The notes under the pieces: model-generated
The model's input: the letters and a program-made list of their open reading frames with translations, nothing else
Told to the model about the DNA's origin: nothing
Databases searched by the model: none
Translations under genes and position numbers: made by a program
Origin: Patescibacteria group bacterium
GTDB taxonomy: Bacteria > Patescibacteriota > Patescibacteriia > UBA9934 > GWF2-40-263
Length of the DNA: 64,000 bases
Direction: 5' to 3'
Assembly: GCA_035290185.1 (NCBI GenBank)
Contig: DATDUW010000038.1
Coordinates: forward strand, 233 to 64,232
In this document: one piece after another, positions 24,109 through 32,623 of the stretch
How positions within the stretch are numbered: position 1 is the stretch's first letter
Layout: the number at the start of each line of letters is the position of its first letter

Positions 24109-24528
24109 ATGTTCAAGATGCTCGGAATTGTCCTCACCGTTCTTTTGCTCGGCGCCGGCTGCACGGGATCTGGAATCGTCTCCGCTCCTACATCGGAACC
24201 CCCGTGGAAAACGTACCAAGCAGAAGGATATTTAATTTCGCATCCAGAGAATTTTGTGGTGATTCCAGCGACCGATCGCATTCGCTGGACAACGATCAAA
24301 TTTCCAGAAAATTCTTCCCAAAGAGGATCCATTGAAATTTGGAGTGTAAAAGATCTTCCGGAGCGCCCGCTTGGAAATGAGACTGGCACGGCACTTTTTC
24401 CAGCCCTCGAAGGTCAGGTTGGTATTGGGAAAGAAAACCAACAGATGGTGCGCGTGTGGAACTATTCCGGGGATCAAGAAATAACGAAGATCCTCATGGA
24501 GATTTTGGCATCCATGAAAATTAAGTAG
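24109..24528 (+). CDS. lipoprotein, unknown function
   Basis: MFKMLGIVLTVLLLGAGCTGSG has a signal peptide plus lipobox. The start is ambiguous (24088, 24109 or 24118). Confidence 0.6.
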   Translation: MFKMLGIVLTVLLLGAGCTGSGIVSAPTSEPPWKTYQAEGYLISHPENFVVIPATDRIRWTTIKFPENSSQRGSIEIWSVKDLPERPLGNETGTALFPALEGQVGIGKENQQMVRVWNYSGDQEITKILMEILASMKIK

Positions 24529-24659
24529 GAACTCGTGAAATAGGTGTCCGAACAATTTTTGTCTCGGCTCACGGGAGGCAATCTCACGCGCGAGGAAGGT
24601 TCCGAGAGTCATTTTTGCGTTTTCCCCCATACGATTTTTCATCAAAAGGATAAAATAGT

Positions 24660-25079
24660 ATGCGTATCGGCGTCATCGGCAGTATGCAGTACACGGAAAA
24701 GATGATGGAGGCTCGGGATGAGCTCATCCGTCGCGGACACGATGCGTTCGTGACGAATCTTGCCGCCCCATTCGTCGGAAAAACTGACGAGGAAAAAGAG
24801 AAAATCAAGATTGAACAGAAGAAGAACCAGGATGCCATTCGGGAATTCTGGAGGCTGATGCAGGGCGCCGATGCTGTGCTCGTCATGAACCTCGATAAGC
24901 ACGGGATTGCCAATTACATCGGCGGTAATACGCTCATGGAGATCGGCTTTGCGCACGTTTTGGGTCAGAAGATTTTTCTCCTCAATCCGGTCCCGGACAT
25001 TCCTTTTTATCAGTCGGAAATCGAGGCTGTAAAGCCGGTGGTGATCAATGGGGATTACGATTTAATTAGGGAGGAATAA
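24660..25079 (+). CDS. nucleoside 2-deoxyribosyltransferase-like (Rossmann-like) protein, tentative
   Basis: MRIGVIGSMQ..., ADAVLVMN, GGNTLMEIGFA. The pattern recalls the NDT-like fold, but this is unverified. Confidence 0.4.
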   Translation: MRIGVIGSMQYTEKMMEARDELIRRGHDAFVTNLAAPFVGKTDEEKEKIKIEQKKNQDAIREFWRLMQGADAVLVMNLDKHGIANYIGGNTLMEIGFAHVLGQKIFLLNPVPDIPFYQSEIEAVKPVVINGDYDLIREE

Positions 25080-25089
25080 AATTAAAATT

Positions 25090-25572
25090 ATGGCTGTTGA
25101 TCTAGAAACCATTGCTTCTTTTCTCGCCGAAGCCAATCGTGCCGGTTATGCTTCGGGCCGAGAGAGTGCTTGGAAAAAGGAGGCGGACGGATCGACAACG
25201 ATCATCTATGAAAACGGCTCGTGGAAATTCCACGATAATTATTTCGGCGGGGAACCGTATGGAGGCAGGGAGGTCATTTTTTCTCATGGTAAGGCAGTTT
25301 TCATGATGGTCTATCACGGGCGCATCAGTGATAGATCGTTGGATCGCCAGATGATTTATGGATTTTTACGGAAAGCCCTGGCCCTCTTTCCAGAAGAAAT
25401 GCCTTTGCGCGGTCCGGAATATTTTGAAGAAATTCAAGGAGGGAAGAAAATGGAGTATCATAACCGCTGGGAGGGCGATCTAAGTTTTTTTGCCGGGGAA
25501 GAGCAAATTCTGTCTGACGGCAAGGAAATTTACGAAGCCACCTACGCCGGCGGGTTGGTGGATCAGGATTAA
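25090..25572 (+). CDS. DUF5680-like protein, tentative
   Basis: FLAEANRAGYASG...DGS..I.YENGSWKFHDNYFGGEPYGGREVI matches my recollection of that family. Needs an HMM check. Confidence 0.4.
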   Translation: MAVDLETIASFLAEANRAGYASGRESAWKKEADGSTTIIYENGSWKFHDNYFGGEPYGGREVIFSHGKAVFMMVYHGRISDRSLDRQMIYGFLRKALALFPEEMPLRGPEYFEEIQGGKKMEYHNRWEGDLSFFAGEEQILSDGKEIYEATYAGGLVDQD

Positions 25573-25649
25573 GGTGAGCTTGAAATAGAGGTGATTTTGG
25601 GTATTTCTGACCAGGGTTTTTTCCTGTATACTTGTTAAAACGATGTTTT

Positions 25650-26162
25650 ATGTCCTCTCGGGAAGAGGCCCAGACGGCTGTAGTTTATCCCTACGGCCGG
25701 CCTATTACGACCTGGCAGATCGATGAATATCCCGCTCACCAGCGGTCACGTTTTTGGTATATCGGATGGGGGACGATCGGTTTCATCCTGCTTGTTTACG
25801 CCATTGCCACAGCCAATTTTTTATTTGCCGTCATCCTTCTCATGGGCGCGGTGGTTACGCTTTTATCTTCCTTCCGTCCGCCTGGAAAGCTTGACGTGGC
25901 TGTGACGACCGCAGGCATTCTTGTCGGGGGAGGATTCTATGCCTATCCCTCGATCAAGCGGTTTTCTCTCGTTTACAATCCCCCGGAGGTCAAGCTCCTG
26001 TATTTGGATTTTGAAAAGCCGTGGCTGCCATTGCTTTCCATCCCCCTTGAAGAAGTCGATCCTAACCGCGTTCGCGAGGCTTTGTTACCGTTTTGTGTGG
26101 AAGATCTGGAACGGACCGATGAATCCTTGACGGACGTCTTGCGGAGAGTGTATAAATTGTAA
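25650..26162 (+). CDS. membrane protein, unknown function
   Basis: There are two adjacent hydrophobic helices (FWYIGWGTIGFILLVYAIATANFLFAVILLMGAVVTLL). The ATG is at 25650. Confidence 0.6.
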   Translation: MSSREEAQTAVVYPYGRPITTWQIDEYPAHQRSRFWYIGWGTIGFILLVYAIATANFLFAVILLMGAVVTLLSSFRPPGKLDVAVTTAGILVGGGFYAYPSIKRFSLVYNPPEVKLLYLDFEKPWLPLLSIPLEEVDPNRVREALLPFCVEDLERTDESLTDVLRRVYKL

Positions 26163-26171
26163 GGATTTTAT

Positions 26172-26248
26172 GCGCCCGTAGCTCAGTTGGATAGAGCATC
26201 AGCTTGCGGAGCTGAGGGTCGCACGTTCGAATCGTGCCGGGCGCACCA
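26172..26248 (+). tRNA. tRNA-Arg (anticodon GCG), CCA encoded
   Basis: Acceptor GCGCCCG/CGGGCGC, D-arm GCTC-AGTTGGATA-GAGC, anticodon arm TCAGC-TTGCGGA-GCTGA, T-arm GCACG-TTCGAAT-CGTGC, A-CCA. Confidence 0.9.
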
Positions 26249-26255
26249 TAAAATA

Positions 26256-26281
26256 AGCCGTGAAAGACGGTTTCTTTTTTT
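26256..26281 (+). terminator. short hairpin plus T-run after the tRNA
   Basis: AGCCGT-GAAAG-ACGGTT, then TCTTTTTTT. Confidence 0.45.
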
Positions 26282-26523
26282 CTCCAGGTGTTTCTGAAAG
26301 AGATAAAAGCGTCAGAATGGAATCAAAAACGTCTCTTTTTTAAAGAATGTGTGTAAAAACGGTTGGTGCTCTTTTTCCATCTTCCTGTGCATCCCTTGAT
26401 TTTCTGAAAACGTTATTTGAAAAATCTTGATATTGAGAGGATTTTCCTCCTTTGGATGCAGAACGAGGAGAAATCGAGGCTTTTTGTGAGTCGTGATCGT
26501 TAAGGAATTGAGATGGGGGTCTC

Positions 26524-26579
26524 CTCCCCTTAAGTAAGGGGAGGTTGGGAGGGGTCTGACCTGCCTACCGACAGGCAGG
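26524..26579. repeat. pair of short GC-rich hairpins (REP-like)
   Basis: CTCCCCTTA-AG-TAAGGGGAG (26524-26543) and CCTGCCT-ACCGAC-AGGCAGG (26560-26579), in a 430-nt non-coding stretch. Confidence 0.35.
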
Positions 26580-26684
26580 CAAAGTTATGCGCCGAAGGAG
26601 AAAATCCTAGTTGAAAGAAAGAGGGCTTGAAGATTGTAGGAAGGAATAGAGAAAGGTCGAAAGAAAATTTAACGTTATCCTCCT

Positions 26685-27101
26685 ATGACCATCAAAAGAC
26701 TTTCCGCTTTTTCGGTTGCCCTTGGAAGTGCTGTTTTTATGGGTCTCCAGGCTTTTCCCGTTTCTGCGGCTGAAACGCAACCACTCCCTTTGGCACAGAC
26801 GGTCCGAAACGGGATGACTGGAATCCATGCTCAAGCCCTTGGGATGACCAAAGACGCGTTCGTCGAGGCCATGAAAGGTGGGTCCTCCATCCGCGGGTTG
26901 GCCAAGGAACAGGGTCTGACATTCAACCAGTACGAGACCAATCTCTCTCACGCCAGAGTTTCTGCTGTTCAAAAAATGGAAAAGGACGGCCTGATAACAT
27001 CGGCTCAGGCAGATCGGTGGACGTCCCACCTGACGCGCCGCCTGGATCTTCGCTTGGCCCGTGCGAATTGGTACAAGCAGATGACCCTGCAGAATAAATA
27101 A
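26685..27101 (+). CDS. secreted small protein (138 aa), unknown function
   Basis: The signal peptide is MTIKRLSAFSVALGSAVFMGLQAFPVSAAE. A strong terminator follows. Confidence 0.6.
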   Translation: MTIKRLSAFSVALGSAVFMGLQAFPVSAAETQPLPLAQTVRNGMTGIHAQALGMTKDAFVEAMKGGSSIRGLAKEQGLTFNQYETNLSHARVSAVQKMEKDGLITSAQADRWTSHLTRRLDLRLARANWYKQMTLQNK

Positions 27102-27111
27102 GTTTCGAGGC

Positions 27112-27141
27112 AAAAAAGACGGACACGTGTCCGTCTTTTTT
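27112..27141. terminator. perfect palindromic bidirectional terminator
   Basis: AAAAAAGACGGACAC/GTGTCCGTCTTTTTT, between convergent genes. Confidence 0.75.
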
Positions 27142-27150
27142 GGATATTTT

Positions 27151-29301
27151 TCAGCCGGAGAGGATGTTTACGATTTGCTCAACCACAGCATCCCAGGAAT
27201 AGCGTTCTAGGTTTTTTCTTCCATTGGCGACAAGGCGTTCGCATAAATCCTTTTCATCTGCGAGGCGCGTCATGCTGGCAGCGAGAGCTTCTGGGTCGTT
27301 TGGATCTGCAAAGAGGGCGGCGTCTTCTCCGATTTCCTTGAGAGTCGGGATGGAAGAGGCAAGCACGGGAACGTGTGCACGGAACGCTTCAAGCATGGGA
27401 AAAGCGAAGCCTTCCTCGTAGGAAACAAGGGCAAGCATGGACGCTTGGGACAGAAGCTCGGCTTTCTTTTCCTGACTGACATAGCCGAGCTCTTCGACGC
27501 CGGGCTGGCGTAAGAGCGGCACAATCTTCTCGAATCCATAGCCTGGTTTTCCAGCCAAGACCAGTCGCCAGGTCGGATGTGTTTCACGGAAGAGGGAAAA
27601 GGCGCGGAGGAGATTTACAACATTTTTCTTTTCCTCCATGCGGCCGATGAAAAGGACGAATGGCGTTGTTGGAGCATCGGGAGAAAAATTTGGAGGAGGT
27701 TCTTCGTCTGGAATTCCCCATCCGGTTACAGCGATTTTTCCTTCCGGCCATCGCAGGAGGGCTACGAGGTCTTTTTTCACCGCCTGGGTTGGGACGATGA
27801 CACACGTACAAAGACGTTTTGCTCGCCACAGGTCCAAACGCATGTAAAGACGTTCACGCAAACGATAGGCCTGTGGGGTGCGGAGAAAGGAAACGTCGTG
27901 AATGGCGCGCACGGTTTTTTGGGGACAGAAAAAAGGAAGGGTGTGTACGGGAACGAATAAGGCGTCCGGCCGGTCGCGAAGCAGGGCGTGTGAGAGGCCG
28001 ATGAGCGTCCAGAAGCGGGGGAGGGAAATGACGCGCTGGGCATTTTTGGGGAGCCAAGGAATTTCTCTTGGAGTATAAAAAAGAGGAGAAAGTGTTGCGG
28101 TTTGTCCGCAAGACAGGCGGGAAAGAAGCGCATCGCTGACGACTTCCACGCCTGTTTTTTGTACGCCGTCTACGCTGCGGGACGCATCAATAGCAAGCCG
28201 AAGTTTTTTTTCGAGGATGGTCCCTTTTAACGCCTGTTCAAAACGTTCGATGGAAAACCGCTGGGCCTGCACTTCGCAGGCGGCCCGCATCTCCCGTGTG
28301 CGAGCAGGCGTCAACGTTTGCACGGCTTCAACGAGATCTTCCACTCGATAAATTTTGGGAACGAGAAGACCCGTTTCATTTGGAATAATGCTTTCTGGTA
28401 GGCCGCCTTCATCCACGCCAATGCACGGTTTTCCCGCAGCCATTCCTTCCACAGGCGTCATACCAAAGTCTTCGTCCACGGGGATGTACAGAGTAGCTAT
28501 GCACGTTCCGACCAGGCGTTTTAATGTGGCATCGTCGACCCAGCCGAGACAGGTGATGTTTGGAGATCCCTTGGCAAGTTCGGCGATCCGTTCGGCCTCC
28601 TCTCCTCCGGAGGCAATGACAAGTTTCTTGTCAGGCATTTTTTGAAAGGCGCGCACAATGTCATCCACGCGTTTGAGACCATCGAGGCGCCCGTAAGACA
28701 GGTAAAAATCCTCCTGTCCTTCCCAGACGAATCGTTCGGTGTGGATGGGCGGATAGACCACGCGGGATTCCCGGCGACAAAAGCGCCACAGGCGGTCGTG
28801 GACGTTTTTTGAATTCGTCATGATCGTTTGCATGCGAGAAAGCCCGAGACGGTAAAGGAAACGGATGCCCCATTTTCCAAGGTCGTAATAAACCAGACGT
28901 TTTAAAAAAGAAGGTTCAGCGGCCCGGCGCAAGGGAAGCAGATCATAAACGTACCGGACGGGCGAATGACAATAATAGACTGTTTGCTTTCCTTTGAGGG
29001 GGCGAAGGGCAGCGGAAAGACCGTTGTTTCCGGAGAAGATGATTGTGTCGTAATTTTTGAGGAGCTTGCGGGTCTTCCACCAGAAATTCCATTGAGCACG
29101 GAAGTAACGGAAGACCATGGCGTGCGGTTCGCCCTTGTCTAGAATGACAAGCCCGTGCGGAACGTCCGATTTTGGATAGGTTTCCTCTGTCCAAAACTCC
29201 GTGACAATGTCCGCTTTGAGGATTCTGGCCAAATCCAACACCAAGCGCTCGGCCCCGCCGCGGAACTGGAACCGGTCATGAATAATGAGGATTTTTTTCA
29301 T
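27151..29301 (-). CDS. fused double GT4-family glycosyltransferase
   Basis: The start is MKKILIIHDRFQFRGGAERL at 29301. There are two GT-B/GT4 signatures: EDFGMTPVEGMAAGKPCIGV, and in the second half EGFAFPMLEAFRAHVPVLAS. Confidence 0.85.
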   Translation of the reverse strand: MKKILIIHDRFQFRGGAERLVLDLARILKADIVTEFWTEETYPKSDVPHGLVILDKGEPHAMVFRYFRAQWNFWWKTRKLLKNYDTIIFSGNNGLSAALRPLKGKQTVYYCHSPVRYVYDLLPLRRAAEPSFLKRLVYYDLGKWGIRFLYRLGLSRMQTIMTNSKNVHDRLWRFCRRESRVVYPPIHTERFVWEGQEDFYLSYGRLDGLKRVDDIVRAFQKMPDKKLVIASGGEEAERIAELAKGSPNITCLGWVDDATLKRLVGTCIATLYIPVDEDFGMTPVEGMAAGKPCIGVDEGGLPESIIPNETGLLVPKIYRVEDLVEAVQTLTPARTREMRAACEVQAQRFSIERFEQALKGTILEKKLRLAIDASRSVDGVQKTGVEVVSDALLSRLSCGQTATLSPLFYTPREIPWLPKNAQRVISLPRFWTLIGLSHALLRDRPDALFVPVHTLPFFCPQKTVRAIHDVSFLRTPQAYRLRERLYMRLDLWRAKRLCTCVIVPTQAVKKDLVALLRWPEGKIAVTGWGIPDEEPPPNFSPDAPTTPFVLFIGRMEEKKNVVNLLRAFSLFRETHPTWRLVLAGKPGYGFEKIVPLLRQPGVEELGYVSQEKKAELLSQASMLALVSYEEGFAFPMLEAFRAHVPVLASSIPTLKEIGEDAALFADPNDPEALAASMTRLADEKDLCERLVANGRKNLERYSWDAVVEQIVNILSG

Positions 29302-29386
29302 AGGTGACCCAAGCATAGCAATGGCTTTTTCGTCTGTAAAACGTTTCCTTTCTTTTTGCAAGTGAGATAGGTAGAATTCCGTCCGT

Positions 29387-31159
29387 ATGCGTCCGCTCCT
29401 CGAGGCAGCAAATTTGGAAAAGGCCTATGGCCGGCAGATCGTTCTACAGGGGCTTTCTTTTATCGTTCCTGAAGATGCTCATATTGCGCTTATTGGTCGC
29501 AACGGTTCGGGAAAAACAACGCTTTTACGCCTCATGGCTGGCGATGAAGAAGCGGACCGTGGGATGGTCCGGCCTATGTCCTGGACGCGACTGGGGGTTC
29601 TCAGACAACAGGAAGAACTGCCCAATGATCGGATGACGGTTGATTATCTTTCCCAGGATAGCGGAAAGCCGCCATGGGAATGTGCCAAACTTGCAGCACG
29701 GTTCGGATTGCATCCAACGGATTTGGCCCTGGCGCCAGCTGCGCTTTCCGGCGGGTATCAGATGCGCGTGAAGCTCGTTCGTGTCTTGCTTGAAGATCCA
29801 ACCCTTCTTCTTTTGGACGAGCCTGTAAACTATTTGGATCTTCCAACCCTTCTTCTTCTCGAAGCCTTTCTCAAGGAGTATGCCGGATCCTTCGTGATGA
29901 CGTCCCACGACCGTGAGATTCTCCAAAACGTTTGTACGACGACATGGGATCTTTCGAAAGGCAAATTGATAACATTCCCAGGCGATGTCGAAACGTATTT
30001 GGATTGGAAAGAGGAGCAGGCCGAATATGCGCGACGGACAAATAAACGTCTGCGCAAGGAAATGGCGGATGCTCAGGCCTTTGCCGATCGTTTTCGCGCC
30101 AAAGCCAGTCAGGCCACGCGGGCCCAGAGCAAACTTAAACACATTACCAAGCTGCGGGCACGGTTGCGTTCGTTGGACGATGATCTCCCGACCGTTGCCT
30201 TTCGTATCCCGTGTCCGTTGGTTATTCCCGGAACAGCTTTGCGCTGTGAGGGGCTTGGTGTTGGATACGGAGATAAAATAGTCGCACAGAATATTTCGTT
30301 GGAGGTTCCGCGTGGCGCCAAGGTCGCGATCGTGGGCGAAAACGGTCGCGGCAAATCAACGTTACTTCGGACCCTTGCGGGTGTTCTTCCGTCGTTAGAG
30401 GGAACCATGAAGTGGTGGCATCGAGCAGACATTGGATATTTTTCGCAGCAGGATAATGAAACGCTGTCAGGCCAGGAAACGGTTCTTCAAGCGCTCACAA
30501 AAGCTGCTCCACCAGATGCTTCGGCGGAACGGATTCTTGCCGCGGCCGGTGCCTTCCTGTTCCACGGCGATGATCTGGAAAAATCCTGTTCTGTTCTTTC
30601 CGGAGGGGAACGGGCACGCGTGCGTTTGGCTCGTTTGGTTTTGCGTCAGCACAACGTCCTTCTCCTCGATGAGCCCACAAACCACTTGGATGCGGAAACC
30701 GTAGAAATTTTGGCTCGAGCCCTGAAGGAGTATTCTGGAACCGTTTTCGTTGTCTCTCACGCCCGAACCTTTATGAATGCGCTGGCAGAGCGTATTTACG
30801 AAGTGCGAAACGGATCGGTTCGACACTTTCTTGGCACGTACGAGGAATACGTCTGCGAACTCACGGAATTTACCGAACAGTCTACGCATGAGCCAGTGGT
30901 CGTCTCAAGCTCGGCGGACATAGATCGTCGCGAACACTTTCTTCGCAATCGTGAACGTCGGCGGTTGCAGAAAAAGTTGGAGGAAAAAATAGATCGGTTG
31001 GAAAAGGAGAAGAGTGGAATTCTCGCGTATTTTTTCGAGAACCCGACCGACTATGCACCGGAAAAATCCATTCGGCTGGATGAAATCGGGGAAGCGTTGG
31101 ATGCGTTGGAAAAAGAGTGGTTGGGGTTGGAAGAAATGAATGACTCCACAGTACAGTAA
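29387..31159 (+). CDS. ABC-F family ATPase (two ABC domains, no TM domain)
   Basis: GRNGSGKTTLL, LSGGYQMRV and LLLDEP in the first domain. GENGRGKSTLL, LSGGERARV and LLLDEP in the second. The C-terminal tail is coiled-coil. Confidence 0.9.
   Translation: MRPLLEAANLEKAYGRQIVLQGLSFIVPEDAHIALIGRNGSGKTTLLRLMAGDEEADRGMVRPMSWTRLGVLRQQEELPNDRMTVDYLSQDSGKPPWECAKLAARFGLHPTDLALAPAALSGGYQMRVKLVRVLLEDPTLLLLDEPVNYLDLPTLLLLEAFLKEYAGSFVMTSHDREILQNVCTTTWDLSKGKLITFPGDVETYLDWKEEQAEYARRTNKRLRKEMADAQAFADRFRAKASQATRAQSKLKHITKLRARLRSLDDDLPTVAFRIPCPLVIPGTALRCEGLGVGYGDKIVAQNISLEVPRGAKVAIVGENGRGKSTLLRTLAGVLPSLEGTMKWWHRADIGYFSQQDNETLSGQETVLQALTKAAPPDASAERILAAAGAFLFHGDDLEKSCSVLSGGERARVRLARLVLRQHNVLLLDEPTNHLDAETVEILARALKEYSGTVFVVSHARTFMNALAERIYEVRNGSVRHFLGTYEEYVCELTEFTEQSTHEPVVVSSSADIDRREHFLRNRERRRLQKKLEEKIDRLEKEKSGILAYFFENPTDYAPEKSIRLDEIGEALDALEKEWLGLEEMNDSTVQ
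31064..31122 (+). repeat. 59-bp direct repeat, copy 1 (inside the ABC-F 3' end)
   Basis: AAATCCATTCGGCTGGATGAAATCGGGGAAGCGTTGGATGCGTTGGAAAAAGAGTGGTT is identical to 36221-36279. Confidence 0.95.
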
Positions 31160-31271
31160 AAAATTAACAACACCCTGGATTTAACGCATTGTCATTCTGA
31201 AGGAGTCTGTTTTCTTGCGACGACTGAAGAATCTTTTTTTGAACCAGGAATCCTTAGAAGGTAAAGCTAAA

Positions 31272-31322
31272 AAAATATTGTCAACTAAATAGGTTGACAA
31301 TATTTTAATTTTGTGGTATTCT
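31272..31322 (+). promoter_or_regulatory. promoter with overlapping 14-bp perfect inverted repeat (operator-like)
   Basis: AAAATATTGTCAAC (31272-31285), 7 nt, GTTGACAATATTTT (31293-31306). TTGACA (31294-31299), 17 nt, TATTCT (31317-31322), with a TGG extended -10. Confidence 0.55.
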
Positions 31323-31367
31323 TTTTTTAGTTCTTTTCAAAAAGGCCTTTAAGTTCTGGAGGTTGCA

Positions 31368-31706
31368 ATGCAGCAGCTTACGTCTGGACAAACGATCGCC
31401 GTGACACCGATTGCCAATCCCTCCAAGGGAGTTGAGTATAAGGCAGTTCAGTGCGGCAATCGCGCCCTCCTTATGGAGGGAGGGGGGTTTGTCTGTGCTT
31501 GTTGTTTGGATAGGTGTCGAACGGAGCGAGCTGAAATTGCCGAACAGCTCGCCAGAAGCGGTATCACCGAGTGTGCACTGACGTGCGCGCGGCATTGGAA
31601 CGAAGACCCTGAGGCCTCCAGGCTCGTAAGAGCCGTGGAGGAGTCTCAATGGGGACAAGCGATCGGTCCCACGTTGTGGTTGGTGGGGCTGGTGGAGGAG
31701 AAGTGA
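31368..31706 (+). CDS. small Cys-rich protein (112 aa), unknown function
   Basis: GGAGG lies 6 nt before the ATG. It has its own promoter and terminator. Codon first positions are G-rich, unlike the antisense 170-aa ORF. Cys motifs are CGN..FVCACCLDRC..C..C. Confidence 0.55.
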   Translation: MQQLTSGQTIAVTPIANPSKGVEYKAVQCGNRALLMEGGGFVCACCLDRCRTERAEIAEQLARSGITECALTCARHWNEDPEASRLVRAVEESQWGQAIGPTLWLVGLVEEK

Positions 31707-31739
31707 GCCGTTCGCGCACTCGGACGGCTTCTCAAAAGC

Positions 31740-31765
31740 GTACCGTTTCGGCGGTACGTTTTTTA
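31740..31765 (+). terminator. intrinsic terminator
   Basis: CGTACCG-TTTCGG-CGGTACG-TTTTTT. It is preceded by a second hairpin, GCCGTTCG..CGGACGGC. Confidence 0.7.
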
Positions 31766-31795
31766 ATGGGGTGTTCGGATTTTGTGTTGTTGAAG

Positions 31796-32554
31796 CTATC
31801 GTTTCCCCATTCGCCACAAGCTTTCAAAAAGTTGTTGGTATCCTTTCACCAATGTTTCGTGCCTTATTTTAATGGCTGTCACGGGCGTTGTATCGTCCGA
31901 ATAGATAATATTCAAAACAACGCCTGCTTCCGGGTAAATATGAATACCGGATGGGTTTTCAATTTCTGATGGCAAATACCGGACGTTATAGACTCCTTCC
32001 GCCTCAAGTTCGGCGGTCATAGTCATCCGTTGTGGCTCGTAGGCAAGCATGCGGATTTTCAATTTTTGCGCATGGGCGACGCGATGATATTCCTTCCAGA
32101 TGGGACGCATGGTGTTTGCCATGAATGTTTCGTCTCCTGTTCCCAGCACGTATTTTGTTGCCCCTTTCGGTAGGGTTTTGATAATGCTGGTAAGGAGGGC
32201 TAAATATTCCTCATTACCTTGGTGAACGGTAATTTCCTGTATGCCCTTGGCCAGCATCCGTCCGATGGTTTCTGACGTTTCTGACGCAAGATGAAATTTC
32301 TTTTCGTATTCTTCCGCCAAGGCGTTCGGTGCCGTTGCGGTAAAATGCTTGCGTCCCCGCATGACTTTTTCGCTCACCAGTTTTCTGAAAACTAAATGGT
32401 CCAAAGAGGTGTACACGACATTTCGATGTAGTCCGGTTGCTGTAATTAAAGGGCCAGCGGTGCATGGTCCCTTTTCAAGAAGGGCGGTATAGACCACGGC
32501 GTCGTGGGGCGGAAAGTCCAGCTCACGCAGATTTTTCTGTAAAGATTCGTTCAT
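31796..32554 (-). CDS. TrmB-like transcriptional regulator
   Basis: The N-terminal wHTH reads LRELDFPPHDAVVYTALLEKGPCTAGPLITATGLHRNVVYTSLDHLVFRKLV. The start is probably MNESLQ at 32554; the ORF extends to 32614. Confidence 0.65.
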   Translation of the reverse strand: MNESLQKNLRELDFPPHDAVVYTALLEKGPCTAGPLITATGLHRNVVYTSLDHLVFRKLVSEKVMRGRKHFTATAPNALAEEYEKKFHLASETSETIGRMLAKGIQEITVHQGNEEYLALLTSIIKTLPKGATKYVLGTGDETFMANTMRPIWKEYHRVAHAQKLKIRMLAYEPQRMTMTAELEAEGVYNVRYLPSEIENPSGIHIYPEAGVVLNIIYSDDTTPVTAIKIRHETLVKGYQQLFESLWRMGKR

Positions 32555-32623
32555 AATTAAATCGTTTTTATTCCCAATCGATATTCCACGGTCTTGGCGC
32601 GGGAAGGGGTTCATTTAAAATTT

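Noticed and set aside
31305-31817. A 170-aa ORF on the minus strand.
   Set aside because: It is antisense to the promoter/RBS/terminator-equipped plus-strand ORF 31368..31706. Its product is low-complexity Pro/Ser/Leu with no RBS.
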